From an uncultured Verrucomicrobiae bacterium (lineage in GTDB: Bacteria > Chlamydiota > Chlamydiia > Chlamydiales > JAFEGQ01): 64,000 nucleotides of DNA. The stretch is taken from the NCBI GenBank assembly GCA_963739345.1, contig CAVUAA010000001.1, forward strand, positions 10,356-74,355, read 5' to 3'. Position numbers and translations under genes: made by a program. The notes below the pieces were generated by a model that saw nothing but the letters and a program-made list of their open reading frames with translations, searched no databases and had not been told where the DNA came from. Of the stretch, positions 1 through 11,361 are shown piece after piece. The stretch's first letter is position 1, and each line of letters starts with the position of its first letter.

Positions 1-329
1 GCCACCAAGGCGGCGCTGGAGTCGCTGGCGCGCACCTACGCCGCCGAGACCGTTTCGACGCCGATCCGCGTCAACCTGTTCGCGCCCGGCCCGACGCGCA
101 CCGGATGCGCGCCGCGGTCATGCCGGGCGAGGACCCGATGACGCTGCCTACGCCGGAGGAGGTCGCAGCGGCGATCGTGCCGCTTTGTCTGCCCGGTTTC
201 GCGGAGACTGGCAAGATCTACGACTTCCGCGCCGGCAAGCTGAACGTCGTTTCGTCCGCCGGCGTGACGGCCGCCGCGCCCCAGCGCGGTCGGATGGTTC
301 GTGCCACGCATGATGGGAGCGGCGCATGA
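1..329 (+). pseudogene. Short-chain dehydrogenase/reductase (SDR), C-terminal fragment entering from upstream; frame switch near nt ~100
   Basis: Frame 1 reads ATKAALESLARTYAAETVSTPIRVNLFAPGPTRT. ORF 105..329 continues MRAAVMPGEDPMTLPTPEEVAAAIVPLC..GKIYDF in a different frame. Confidence 0.55.
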
Positions 330-338
330 GCTGGCGAT

Positions 339-2030
339 GTGCTCAAGGATTTCACGTCACGCGGCCTGATGAGCGGCCTGCTCATCGTGCTGCTGCTGCT
401 CGGGCTGCCGGTCGCGGTCTGGCTCGACCTCACCAATCTCGCGGAGGCCAACCTGCGCCGCCAGGCGATCGACCTCAACTCCGTGATCAGCAGCGTGCGC
501 AGCTACTATGCCAGCAACGTTGTCGGCCGCGTGCTGTCGTCCAGGGCCGCACACCGAGGTGGCGCACAATTACGAAAACATCCCGGGCGCCATCCCGATC
601 CCGGCCACGCTGTCGCTCGAGCTCGGCCGCGTCATCAGCGAGCAGCAGCAGAACATCACCTACCGCTTCGTCTCGGATTATCCGTTCGCGAACCGCGCGC
701 CGCATGCGCTCGACGAATTCGAGAAGGCGGCGCTGGTTGCGCTGCGCGCACAGCCCGATCGGCAGATGATCAATCAATCGATCGGCGCCTGTTCACCGAC
801 ACGCGTGCGGCTGGTCGCGCCGGTGATCATGGGCGCGGCCTGCGTGAGCTGCCACAACACGCATCCGGAAAGCCCGAAGCGGGACTGGAAGGTCGGCGAC
901 GTCCGCGGCATCCAGGAGGTGACCATCACGCAGAGGATCGCCGTCGCAATATTTTCTCCTTCAAGTACCTGCTTGCCTATTTCGCCTTCATGGCGGTCGT
1001 CCGGCGTCACGCTTCATCGGCATCCAGCGGCGGCAGGCGGCAACGATCCGCGGCATGAACAGCGAGCTGGAGACCTCCAACGAATTCCTGGCCTCGCTGT
1101 CAATGAAAATCTCGCGCTATCTGTCGCCGCAGATCTACAAGAGCATCTTCAGCGGCCAGAAGGACGTCGTCATCCACACCGAGCGCAAGAAGCTCACCAT
1201 CTTCTTCTCCGACATCAAGGATTTCACCGCCACCACCGAGCGGCTTGCAGCCGGAAGCAGATCACGCCGCTGCTCAACGAGTATTTCACCGAAATGTCGA
1301 ACATCGCGCTGTTCCATGGCGGCACCATCGACAAGTTCGTCGGCGACGCCATGCTGATCTTCTTCGGCGACCCGGAAACCAAGGGCGAGGCGCGAGGACG
1401 CCAAGCTGTGCCTGCGCATGGCGCTCGACATGCAGCGCCGGCTGGCCGCAGCTCAATGTCAAATGGCGCGGCGCCGGCACCGAGCAGCCGTTCCGCGTCC
1501 GCATGGGCATCAACACCGGCTTCTGCAACGTCGGCAATTTCGGCAGCGCCGATCGCATGGACTACACGATCATCGGCGCCGAAGCCAATCTCGCCGCGCG
1601 GCTGCAATCGATCGCCGAGCCCGGCGAGCATCGTCATGAGCTACGAGACCTATGCGCTGGTGCGCGACATGCTGGTGGCGCAGCGCGCTGCCGCCGATCA
1701 CCATGAAGGGCATCAGCCGCGAGGTGATCCCTTATGTCGGTCAAGGGCGTGCTCGACGCCGCGGGCCACAGCGTCGAGATCTTCAGCGAGCACACCACCG
1801 GTCTCGATTTCTATCTTGATCCGAGCATGGTCGACGCCGGCCGCGCCGAACACGTTCGCCGGCTGCTGCAGAATGCGTTAAAGGCGCTGGAGAAGGCGCC
1901 CACTGTAGAGCGAGTGGCCGGTTGGGCGAGAGCTACGCTGCCGAACCGGGGCCGGCGGTGCGCGCCGGGCGAAAGTTTGACGAAATCGACGGCGCAGCAC
2001 ATGCGGTTGGACCCGCGCCATTGGCGGTAG
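339..2030 (+). pseudogene. Membrane-anchored adenylate/guanylate cyclase with N-terminal CxxCH (DUF3365-like) sensor domain; split over at least 5 frames
   Basis: TM start MLKDFTSRGLMSGLLIVLLLLGLPVAVWL. Sensor CVSCHNTHPESPKRDWKVGDVRGIQEV (ORF 508..1881). Cyclase core KKLTIFFSDIKDFTATTERL (1055..1357), GGTIDKFVGDAMLIFFGDPE, FRVRMGINTGFCNVGNFGSADRMDYTIIGAEANLAARLQS. The pieces lie in different frames. Confidence 0.75.
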
Positions 2031-2186
2031 TCAGCTTGCCAGCGCGGTGAGAAAGCATGCATTGTTTCGCACAACGGACGGCAGTCCAGCCGTACGCAAG
2101 GATCGTGCCATGCTCGAAGTTGACGACATCCGTTGTGCTAAATCGACCAAGCGAGTGGCGAAACATGAGATTTTCATGAAGCGATC

Positions 2187-2533
2187 GTGTCGGCTATTTT
2201 TGGCGGCGCCAAGTCTGCTGCGAGCGCCATCACCGGCGGTTCGTCAGCGCCGGCGGCGGCCAAGCCGATGAGCCGCGCCGAGGTGGAAGGCATGATCCAG
2301 AAACTGGCCGATCAGTCGAAGGAAATGCTGGACTCGGCAGCATTCGATCGTCGACCTGATGAAGCTGGCTCAAGCTCGACAGCAGCCTGAAGTCATCGCG
2401 AGCAGCTCGCCAAGGAGCATGGCTACACCGGTGCTCTGACACGGCTCGCTGCGGAGATGAACATCTGGCTCACAAGCAGGTCATGACCAAGCTCGAAGAG
2501 AGCGGCGGTGGTCGTGCCGGACAGCCTGAAATA
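2187..2533 (+). pseudogene. DUF3597-like small protein, frameshifted
   Basis: VSAIFGGAKSA...KPMSRAEVEGMIQKLADQSKEMLD (ORF 2187..2390). The later segments SIVDLMKL and [13 protein letters not shown], ending ..VVPDSLK*, are seen only in other frames. Confidence 0.45.
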
Positions 2534-3989
2534 GACAGACGGTACCGGCTGAGCGGTTGCCTTGTGCGACTCTGCCGGCGCTGGCCGAACCCATCCTGCG
2601 CCGGCCGAGGCTCTAGCGCCGGCGCGCGTCCGGCGTACGGGTTGGCCTTCTCGCGCAGCGTCAGCCGGATCGGCGTGCCGGGCAGGTCGAACGCCTCGCG
2701 CAGCGCGTTGACCAGATAGCGCCGGTAGGCCGCCGGCACGGCGTCGGCGCGGGCGCAGAACAGCACGAAGCTCGGCGGGCGGCTCTTGGGCTGCGTCACG
2801 TAGTTGAGCCGGATGCGCCGGCCCGACACCGCGGGCGGCGGGTGCGCGGCGAGTAACATCGGCGAGCCAGCGGTTGAGCTCATGGGTCGGAACGCGCCGG
2901 TTCCAGACCTGCGTGAATGTCGACGATCGCCTGCATCAGCCGGTCGAGCCCCTCGCCGGTCAGGCCCGAGACGCCGATCAGCGGCACGCCCTTGACCTGC
3001 GGCAGCGCGTCGGTCGGCCTGTCTCGCGCAGCTTGGCTGAGTCCGCCGCCTGCCGCGCTCGGCCAGCGTCCCATTTGCTGATGCCGATGACCAGCGCGCG
3101 GCCCTCGCGCTCGACCAGGTCGGCGATGCGCAGATCCTGCTCCTCGAACGGCTGCTCGACCTCCATCAGCAGCACCACCACCTCGGCGAAGCGGATGGCG
3201 TTGATGGCGTCGGCGACCGAAAGCTTTTCGAGCTTTTCCTGCACCTTCGGCGGCCGCCGCAGCCCGGCGGTGTCGTGCAGCCGAAACGTCCGGCCGCGCC
3301 AATCGCAGATCGACCGCGATGGCGTCGCGGGTGATGCCGGCCTCGGGACCGGTCAGCAGCCGCTCCTCGCCGATCAGCCGGTTGACCAGTGTCGACTTGC
3401 CGGAGTTCGGCCGCCCGACCACGGCGACGCGGATCGGCCGGTCGCTCGGCCTCGGTCGGTCGGCGTCCTAGCGCAGGCTGCGCGGTCGCCTCCGGCAGCG
3501 CCGCGCGCAGCGCCTCGAAGAGGTCCGCCAAGCCCTCGCCATGTTCGGCGGAGATCGCGACCGGCTCGCCAAGGCCGAGCGCGATAGGCTTCGACGACGC
3601 CGGACTGCGCCGGCTTTGCCCTCGGCCTTGTTGGCGACCACGATCGCGGGCTTGCCCGAGCGGCGCACCAGATCGGCGAATGCGCGATCGTCGGGCAACG
3701 GTCCGGTGCGCGCGTCGATCAGGAAGAACACCGCGTCGGCCTGCTCGATCGCGGCCTTGGTCTGCTCCAGCATGCGGCCGGCGAGGCTGTCGGCGTCGGC
3801 GTCTTCGAGTCCGGCGGTGTCGATGAGCGGTGAATTGCAGATCGCCGAGTCGGGCCTCGCCCTCGCGCCGGTCGCGGGTGACGCCGGGCCGATCGTCGAC
3901 CAGCGCCAAGCCGCCGTGCCGACCAGCCGGTTGAACAGGGTCGACTTGCCGACGTTCGGCCGGCCGACGATGGCGACGGTGAAGCTCAT
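2470..3989 (-). pseudogene. der: Ribosome-associated GTPase Der/EngA, split over three frames; 3' end uncertain (may stop near ~2610)
   Basis: ATG at 3989 followed by MSFTVAIVGRPNVGKSTLFNRLVG. Second G domain [33 protein letters not shown] (ORF 2880..3422). C-terminus [47 protein letters not shown] (ORF 2470..2883). Confidence 0.8.
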
Positions 3990-3992
3990 GTC

Positions 3993-4482
3993 GAGCCCGC
4001 TCGGGTCCGATGCCCGCAATGCGAGGCCTGACAGTGCGGCAGGCTGCGGCTGATCGCGCCTGCTGCGGCGATCCGGGTGGAGGTCTGCTGCGGCCAGGCG
4101 CGGCTCTTGTTCGGCGCGGCGTCGTGCGGCCGGCGTGCGGCCGGACTGTGCGAGCCGTTGCGGCGCACCTGCGGCGGCGGCTCGGCGATATCGCGGCTGG
4201 CGATGCGGGCGAAGCTGGCGCCGCGGCGCGCTGTCGCCCTCGGTCTCGACCGGCTCGACCGGGCGGCGGCGGCGGCTCCGGCGGCGGTTGATAGCCGCGA
4301 ACCAGTTCCGGCGGCACGCCCTGTGGAACGCCCGGCACGCCGTCCGGGAAAACCGCCTTGCGTTCGCCGGGCAGCGGCTTCTTGGTGTTGAACCAGCTTT
4401 CCGGATCGAAACTTTCGCAGCCGCCGAGCGCAAGGCCGAACGCCAGAGCAGCCATCGTGAGCAGCGTGCGAGGGCGGCGCAT
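3993..4482 (-). CDS. Small Pro-rich lipoprotein upstream of der (3' end approximate)
   Basis: N-terminus MRRPRTLLTMAALAFGLALGGCESFDPESWF has a lipobox (LGGC). The rest of ORF 3166..4482 is read-through into der out of frame. Confidence 0.4.
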
Positions 4483-4490
4483 CGGGTCCC

Positions 4491-5150
4491 TCAGCTCTTC
4501 TGCCGGAAGTCGGCGAGCGCCATCAGAATCTGAACCTGGTTGCGGGCGCCGGCCGGAGCATCTGCGTCGGCAAGGACCATGTCGGTCCAGCGCCGCATCG
4601 CACTGATGTCGTTGGCGCGCCAGGCGGCCAGCGCCAGCAGGCTGCGCGCGCTGTGGCGGAAGGTGCGGTCCGGCGCGGTCAGCGGTTCCAGCCGCTGGCG
4701 CAAGTCTTCATAGGTTGCGGTGTCGACCAGGATGAGCCCGGCACGCAACGCTGGCCAGGTCCTGCGAGAACCCGGCCGACGCTGTGGATCGGCGGCGAGC
4801 TAATCGTAGATGCGCGACGCGCTGCCTTGGGATCGCGCTTGGCGAGATCGGCCGCCTCGTTCAACTTGCCGAGCATGCGGTAGGTCGCCGTGCCATCTGC
4901 CGCGAGCTTGGCAAAGGCGGCTTCGGCCTCCTTGTGACTTGCCCTGCTCGCTCAAGGTCATGGCGGCCTCAAACGCCGCGCCGGCCTGCGCTGCCTGCTT
5001 GGCCTCGTACCATTGATAGGCCCGCCAGCCGCCGACCGCGACGACCAAGCAGGACGCCGCCGCAATCAGGTAGATGCCATAGCGCTCCCACAGCTTTTGA
5101 AACTGCTCCCGGCGTACTTCTTCGTCGACTTCGCGGAAGATATCGGACAC
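4491..5150 (-). pseudogene. TPR-like membrane protein (YfgM-like), frameshifted
   Basis: [63 protein letters not shown] (4800..5150) continues in ORF 4491..4748 (..RSLLALAAWRANDISAMRRWTDMVLADADAPAGARNQVQILMALADF). Confidence 0.5.
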
Positions 5151-5288
5151 GAACCGTTCCCCTGCCTGCCGGACCGTCGTCCCCGGCTAAGCCATGCGCA
5201 GCCGCGTAAAATAGTGATGTGGCGGCCCCAAGGCAAAGGTTCCGCGCCGCAGGCAGGACCGTTAGCAGCGGCTGCGACGCAAAGCCAA

Positions 5289-6111
5289 CTACTTCTTCTT
5301 CATGCCATAGACGTGGTCGGGCCCGGGAAAGGCGCGCGAGCGCACGTCGCTGGCGTAGCCCGCGACCGCCGCCTCGATGCCGGGACCGATGTCGCCATAG
5401 CGCTTGACGAATCTGGGCACGCGCGGCGACAGCCCGAGCATATCCTCCAGCACCAGGATCTGGCCGTCGCAGGCCGGGCTTGCTCCGATCCCGATGGTCG
5501 GAACCGCCACCTGTTCGGTGATGCGGCGGGCCAGCGGCTCGGCCACCGCCTCGATAACCAGCGAGAACGCGCCCGGCGTCGGCCACCGACTCGGCGTCAT
5601 CCTCGATCGGGCCCCAATCCTTCTCCTCGCGGCCCTGGGCGCGGAACGAACCGATGGTGTTGATCGCCTGCGGGGTGAGGCCGACATGGCCCATCACCGG
5701 TACGCCGCGCTCGGTCAGGAAAGCGACGGTTTCGGCCAGCCGCCGGCCGCCCTCGACCTTGATCGCGCCGCAGCCGGTTTCCTTCATGACTCGCGCGGCG
5801 TTCATGAAGGCCTGCTCCTTGGACGCCTCGTAGGAACCGAACGGCATGTCCACCACCACCAGCGCCTGCTTGGAGCCGCGCATCACGGCATGGCCCTGAA
5901 GGATCATCATGTCGAGCGTCACCGGCACCGTCGTCTCGAGCCCATGCATCACCATGCCAAGCGAGTCTCCGACCAGGATGACGTCGCAGTATTGATCCAC
6001 CAGCCGTGCGGTGTGGGCGTGATAGGAGGTCAGGCATACGATCGGCTCGCCGCCCTTGCGGGCGCGGATGTCCGGCGCGGTCATGCGCTTGATCTGTTCT
6101 TGAACCGACAT
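5289..6111 (-). pseudogene. panB: 3-methyl-2-oxobutanoate hydroxymethyltransferase, one frameshift near ~5580
   Basis: [67 protein letters not shown]. The C-terminal part [25 protein letters not shown] lies in ORF 5289..5687. Confidence 0.85.
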
Positions 6112-6114
6112 GCT

Positions 6115-6712
6115 TCAACCTGTGAAAGCGGGGACGCCGATCACGTAGGGATGGAAGTACAAACCGAGCAGAACATACACTACCGTGCCAACCAGCACCG
6201 CAATGATGTCGTTCCTGACGCCGCCGACCGGGATCGGCGGCGCACCCGGATCGGCGCGGTGCTTGAGCGAAATGCGATCGAACACCGCCCAGGCCAGGAT
6301 CGCACCGAACAGCACGATCGAGCCGAGGTCGCCGTTCGAGAGCAAGATGCGCCAGCGCCCAAAGCTTCACCCCGACCAGGAACGGATGTTTGAGCGTGGT
6401 CTTGATGCGGCCCGGGCTGTAGGCGGCAACGATGCAGACGATCGCCGGCCAGACCAACGCGACCGTGACGTGGCGCATCCAGATCGGCGGATACCAGACC
6501 TCGATCGGGCCGGCCGCCCGATAAAGCGCAAATCCATGACCGATCAGAACCAGCCCGATCAGCGATATGATCGAATAGACCGCCTTGTACGTGCCGGTTC
6601 CGACCCGCGCGATCAGGTCTGCCCTTGCGCTCCGGAAGGCGGTGACGGTATGCGGCGCCAGAAACACCACCAGCCCGAGCACGAGTATCGCAAGGCCCAT
6701 GACGCGCTCCAC
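6115..6712 (-). pseudogene. NnrU family membrane protein, one frameshift
   Basis: MGLAILVLGLVVFLAPHTVTAFRSARADLIARVGTGTYKAVYSIISLIGLVLIGHGF.. (ORF 5597..6712), then LSNGDLGSIVLFGAILAWAVFDRISLKHR (ORF 6115..6345). Confidence 0.6.
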
Positions 6713-6715
6713 GCC

Positions 6716-6879
6716 CTAGTGTCCCGCTTCCGAAGTTCGTCATACGTCGCAGCATTCGCTGACACGAACTTCGGAAGCCAAGGGGCACTGGCAAGTCTAT
6801 GATTCTAGTGCCGCTTTCGATTTGAAGTTCCTGAATACGATTGCGGCAGATGGTCGCAGGAACTTCAAATCGGCGGCAC
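6716..6879 (+). repeat. Twin-hairpin intergenic repeat, copy 1
   Basis: ctagtgtcccgcttccgaagttcgt..acgaacttcggaagccaaggggcac, followed by ctagtgccgctttcgatttgaagttcctg..caggaacttcaaatcggcggcac. Nearly identical to 9335..9499. Confidence 0.85.
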
Positions 6880-6969
6880 CAGCGGGCAACCGCAGTAGGC
6901 CATGGCCCGCCCGGAAGCAAGGCCGCCACCGAGCGCACGCGAATGCACGCTCACCGCCGCCGCGCTATC

Positions 6970-8336
6970 ATGGACACCATGGTCGACCATGACATCCGCG
7001 AACCGGAGCGCCGCTTGCCCGTGCGCGGCGAATACGACGTGGTCGTGCTGGGCGGCGGTCCGGCCGGCATTGCTGCTGCGGCCGCTGCCGGCGGACTCGG
7101 GCGCAAGACGCTGCTGGTCGAGCGCTACGGCTTTCTCGGCGGCATGGGCACCGCCGCCGGCGTCACCAACTTCTGCGGACTGCACGCCAACGTCCACGGC
7201 GACATCCGCCAGGTCGTGCATGGCGTCGCCGATGAATTGCTGGAGCGGATCGACCGGCTGGGCGGCCTCAATGCGCCGCATCTCGTGTTCGGCAAGACCA
7301 AGGCGCAGGCCTACGACACCGCGGCCTACAAATGCGCGGCCGACGACCTGCTGCTCGGCCACGGCGTGGACATGCTGTTCCACGCTCTGGGCGCCGGCGT
7401 CGTGATGGACCCCGACGACACCATCCGCGCGCTGATCCTGGAGACCAAGTCGGGGCGCGCGGCCGTCGTCGCCGCATATTCATCGACTGCTCCGGCGACG
7501 GCGACCTTGCCGCCTTCGCCGGCGCGCCGTTCGAACGCGGCGACGGCCAAGGCTCGATGCTCTACCCGACCATGATGTTCCGCCTGAACGGCGTCGATCC
7601 CGAGGCCGCGGGCGAAGCCTGGAAGACGATCCCCGACCTGATGGACGACGCCGAGCGGCGCGGCGGGCAGTTTCCCGCGCAAGGGCGCGATCGTGCGTCC
7701 GCAGAAAAATCCGATCGAGTGGCGCGTCAACGTCACGCAGATGAAACGGCCGGATGGCAGCGCGCTCGACGGCACCAACGCCGACGAGCTCACTGCCGGT
7801 GAAATCGAGGGCCGCCGGCAGGCCATGGCGTTCTTTCGAATTCCTCAAGCGTGAGGCGCCGGGTTTCGCCAACGCCTATATCGTCGATATGCCGCCGCAG
7901 ATCGGCATCCGCGAGACGCGCCGCTGGCCGGCGCTATCAACTCACCGCCGAGGATGTGATCTCGCTGCGCGAGATTTTCCGGACACCATCGGCGTCAACG
8001 GCTGGCCGATCGAAAAGCATGTGGCCGGCGATGTCGAATGGCGAGTGGCCGGCCGATTCCGCAGTCGCGCGGCTTCAACCACCTGCCCTACCGGATGCTG
8101 GTGCCACGGAAGCGTGCGCAACCTGCTGGTGGCGGGCCGCTGCGCCTCGATGACGCACGAGGGTCAGTCGGCCGCACGGGTCAGCGGAGCCTGTTTCGTC
8201 ATGGGCGAAGGCCGCCGGCTACCGCCGCCCATCTGGCGCTTGCCGGCAATTCCGGCGTTGGCTGAGATTCCGGTTGAAGCGCTGCAGGCGTTTGCTTGAG
8301 AACGACGGCGCCTATCTCGGGCGTGACATCCGATGA
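6970..8336 (+). pseudogene. FAD-dependent oxidoreductase, multiple frameshifts
   Basis: MDTMVDHD..EYDVVVLGGGPAGIAAAAAAGGLGRKTLLVERYGFLGGMGT (dinucleotide-binding GxGxxG). Later segments FIDCSGDGDLAAFAGAPFE, FLKREAPGFANAYIVDMPPQIGIRETRR and LLVAGRCASMTHEGQSAARVSGACFVMGE lie in other frames. Confidence 0.65.
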
Positions 8337-8365
8337 CGCAGCCCGGCCCGGAGGAGAGGCAGACG

Positions 8366-9338
8366 ATGATGAGACGCTTGACTACTGGCGCTTGCACTGG
8401 TGGCTTGTCTGCTGGCGGCGCATGCCTGTCGGCTGCGCAGGATTGGCCGACCAAGCCGGTGCGGATCATCGTGCCGTTCGGCGCCGGCTCGACGCCCGAC
8501 GTGGTTGCCCGCCTGATCGCCGATCATCTGCAGAAGAAGCTCGGCCAGCCGTTCGTGATCGAGAACAAGCCGGGCGCCAGCGGCAACACCGGCACCGATG
8601 CGGTCGCCAAGGCCGCGCCCGACGGCTGCGACCATCGGCATCAGCATCGGCGGGCCGCTTGCCATCAACACGCTGCTGTTCTCGAAGCTGCCCTACAACC
8701 CCAGACCGACATCGCCCCGATTACCCAACTGGTGACCCAGCCGAGCGCGCTTGCGGTTAATTCCGACGTTATGGTTAACAGCGTCGCCGAACTGGTCGCG
8801 CTTTTGAAGCGCGAACCGGGCAAATACAACTTCGGATCGATCGGCAACGGCTCGCTTTCGCACCTGGCCATGGAGGCGATCGCGCTCAAGAGCGGCACCC
8901 AGATGGTGCATATCCCCTACCCGTCCTCGCCCGCGGCGATGACCGCGATCATCCGCGGCGACGTGCAAATGGGCTGTCTGCCTGCGATCTCGGTGACCCC
9001 GCATGCCGAGGCCGGCAAGGTCAAGATCCTCGCGGTCTCGACCGCGAAGCGTTCGCCCTATTTGCCGCAGATTCCGACGCTGAAAGAGGCCGGAATCGAC
9101 GTCGAAGCCGACGCCTGGATGGGCATGATCGCGCCCGGCGCACACGCCGGAGGCCATCGTTGCGAAAATTCAGCGCGAGGTGGTAGAAGCGATTGGGACG
9201 GCGGCGATCCGCGACAAGCTTGCGGCGCAGTTGATGGAGCCGGTCGGCAATACGCCGGCCGAGTTCCGGGCGCGCATCGACGGCGAGATCGCCCGCTGGG
9301 CGCCGGTGATCAAGGCCGCGAACGTCAAGGTTAACTAG
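8366..9338 (+). pseudogene. Bug/TctC-family tripartite tricarboxylate transporter substrate-binding protein, frameshifted
   Basis: WPTKPVRIIVPFGAGSTPDVVARLIADHLQKKLGQPFVIENKPGASGNTGTDAVAKAAPDG..YNFGSIGNGSLSHLAMEA. The end ..PVIKAANVKVN* is in another frame. Confidence 0.75.
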
Positions 9339-9499
9339 TGCCCCGCTTCCGAAGTTCGTGAGACATGGCAGCACTCTCTCACACGAACTTCGGAAGCAAA
9401 GGGGCACTGGCAAGTCGATGATTCTAGTGCCGCTTTCGATTTGGAAGTTCCTGAATGTGTATTGCGGCAAATGGTGCAGGAACTTCAAATCGGCGGCAC
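9335..9499 (+). repeat. Twin-hairpin intergenic repeat, copy 2
   Basis: Same two-hairpin architecture and near-identical sequence as 6716..6879, in the same orientation. Confidence 0.85.
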
Positions 9500-9540
9500 G
9501 AGGTCGGGGTCGCGCGTACGGGTAGCGTGGGAGCAAGGCG

Positions 9541-9944
9541 ATGAGTGCCGATCAATATCCCGAGGTCAGCGATGACGATGCGGGCATCGTCCCGCCGCAG
9601 GGTGGGCGTGGAGCGGAATGGCCGAAGAAAATTCGGACGCTGACGGCGGCGGAGCTTGATCGCCTGACGATCGACGCCGGCGGGCGGTTTTACTGGGACG
9701 GCCGCCTCGTCAACTATGAGCCCCCGCACCGCCCAAGCCTGCGGTCGAGGAGAAACCGGCCGAAGACCCGTCGGTTGACGCGCTCGACCGGTCGGCGATG
9801 GACCTGCTCGATCGCGCGGCACTCGAACTGACGGATCGAACGCCGGTCGAGCCGCTTGACGGCCGCGACGAGCAGGCCATGGCGGACCGGCTCGCGGCAG
9901 ACCACCCCGCTGCGACCGGCGACGAGGTCACAGCCGAACGTCAT
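9541..9944 (+). CDS. Hypothetical protein, frameshifted and apparently cut at the block boundary
   Basis: ORF 9541..9831 (MSADQYPEVSDDDAGIVPP..LTIDAGGRFYWDGRLVNYEPP) continues in ORF 9798..10148 up to about 9944. No family recognised. Confidence 0.3.
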
Positions 9945-10158
9945 ACGCGGGACAGGTCGCGGACGCGCTTGACCTCGACCTGGTCGATGACCGCGTTGAA
10001 GATCTTCTCGCGCGGGAGTGCTGGTAGCCGATCGTCACCAGCACGCAGTCGTTCTTGCGGTACTTGTGCGACTGTCGCCGCAGGCGGATTGTGGCCGTCT
10101 TGCGACCGCGCCGAAGCTGATCGGCGAACACCGACGAGTAGAAGTTGAGGACGCGCAC
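9941..10158 (-). pseudogene. ASCH-domain protein, 3'-truncated at the block boundary and frameshifted
   Basis: MRVLNFYSSVFADQLRRGRKTATIRL..KYRKNDCVLVTIGYQHS (9928..10158), then PREKIFNAVIDQVEVKRVRDLS (9941..10198). The expected distal part is absent. Confidence 0.5.
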
Positions 10159-10219
10159 GGGCGCTCAGCCTACCGATCTGATGACAAGCGCGCGACAACG
10201 CGCGCGAACGATTTCCCGC

Positions 10220-10600
10220 TCACCGGCGTAGGTCGAGTTCCCGAGCGGCCTGCTCCGAGGCATCCAGCGTGCATCCTCGATCTCGTGATCGTGGTCCTCG
10301 AGGCTCCCGATCGGTATTCGAACAGGTAGAACGCCACCCGCTTGTTCCGCCTGCGGCCCCGTCGCTCGTAGCTGTACTCGACGTCGCCGAGCTTTCGATC
10401 AGCTCGGCGATGCACGCCGGTCTCGGCGACCTCGCGGTCGCCGCCGCCTCCTCGGTCTCACCTTCGTCGAGATGTCCCTTGGGCAGCACGAGGACACGGC
10501 GGTGCTGGGCGTCGCGCTTGACCGGCACGACGACGATCACATCGCCGTCGTGAACGACAGCGCCACCGGCCGACAGCTCGATTGTCCCTCGACCACAGTA
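10220..10600 (-). pseudogene. NUDIX hydrolase, frameshifted (5' end approximate)
   Basis: ELSAGGAVVHDGDVIVVVPVKRDAQHRRVLVLPKGHLDEGETEEAAA, then REVAETGV.. (Nudix box GHxExGE..EAA.RE..EE/TG) spread over ORFs 10220..10540 and 10170..10415. Confidence 0.6.
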
Positions 10601-11316
10601 GACGTACCGTCCGAGCGCCTCTGCGTCATGAACGGTCAGCCTTCCGTCCCTGAGTAATTATTCCTGCGCGCTCGAGCACGGCCAGGAACCGGCTGGCCGA
10701 CTCGCGGCGAGGATCCGGCCAGCTGCGCGACCTCGGCCTGCGTGGTGGTGATCGTGACGTCACCCTCCTCCGGCGCCGTCCTGTCCGCGCGAGCCGCCTC
10801 ACCAGCTGAGCGAGGCACGGCGGCCACGCGGCTCTGCACGGTCTGGAACGACTGGCGCGGCCAGCCGCTCGTTGGTGTCGCGCAGTCGCGCCCGAGGGCC
10901 GCGATCAGCTTCACCGGAGATGTCGGGGTGCTCACGCAGCAGCCGGTGCATGTCGGCGCTGAGGATCGCGATCGCCTCGGTCTCCTCGGTCGTCTCCACC
11001 GTCGCCGACCGGCGCTCGCCGTCGAACATGGCCATCTCGCCGAAGATGTCGCCGGGCGCGAAATGCGCGAGCGGGTGATCGACCGCCCGTCGGGATGCTC
11101 GCGGATCGCGCGCGCCCGGCCCGAGCGGACGATGTAGCACGTAGTGCCCTCGTCGCCCTCCTTGAACACCACCTCCCCGGCCTCGAACCGCCGCGGCACC
11201 ACCAACTGTGCCACCTGCTCGAGCTCCTCGGGCGACAGCGCCGAGAAGACCGGAACCCGCCCGAGCAGCTCGACCGTGTCCTGGCCGTTCGCCGACATCG
11301 CCAATGCATACCACAC
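10600..11316 (-). pseudogene. Crp/Fnr-family transcriptional regulator, frameshifted (3' end approximate)
   Basis: cNMP-binding part LLGRVPVFSALSPEELEQVAQLVVPRRFEAGEVVFKEGDEGTTCYIVRSGRARAI, then GDIFGEMAMFDGERRSATVETTEETEAIAILSADMHRLLREHPD (ORF 10799..11419). The HTH part is in further frames. Confidence 0.7.
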
Positions 11317-11361
11317 GCGCTCCCGCGGCGGACGGACTCACGACCGGGCGCGACCCCGGGG

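Noticed and set aside
3166-4482. Long ORFs in the GC-rich blocks (e.g. 3166..4482, 508..1881, 14494..16107, 15573..16223, 13333..14097) as real genes
   Set aside because: Their translations are Arg/Pro/Ala-rich low-complexity strings running antisense to, or out of frame with, recognisable genes (der, cyclase, lhr, GDPD). These are typical stop-poor shadow ORFs of high-GC DNA.
6716-9499. The hairpin repeats as a CRISPR array
   Set aside because: There are only two copies, 2.6 kb apart, separated by genes. Each copy is a long composite hairpin, with no short direct repeats and no regular spacers. No CRISPR-like periodic repeat was seen anywhere in the window.
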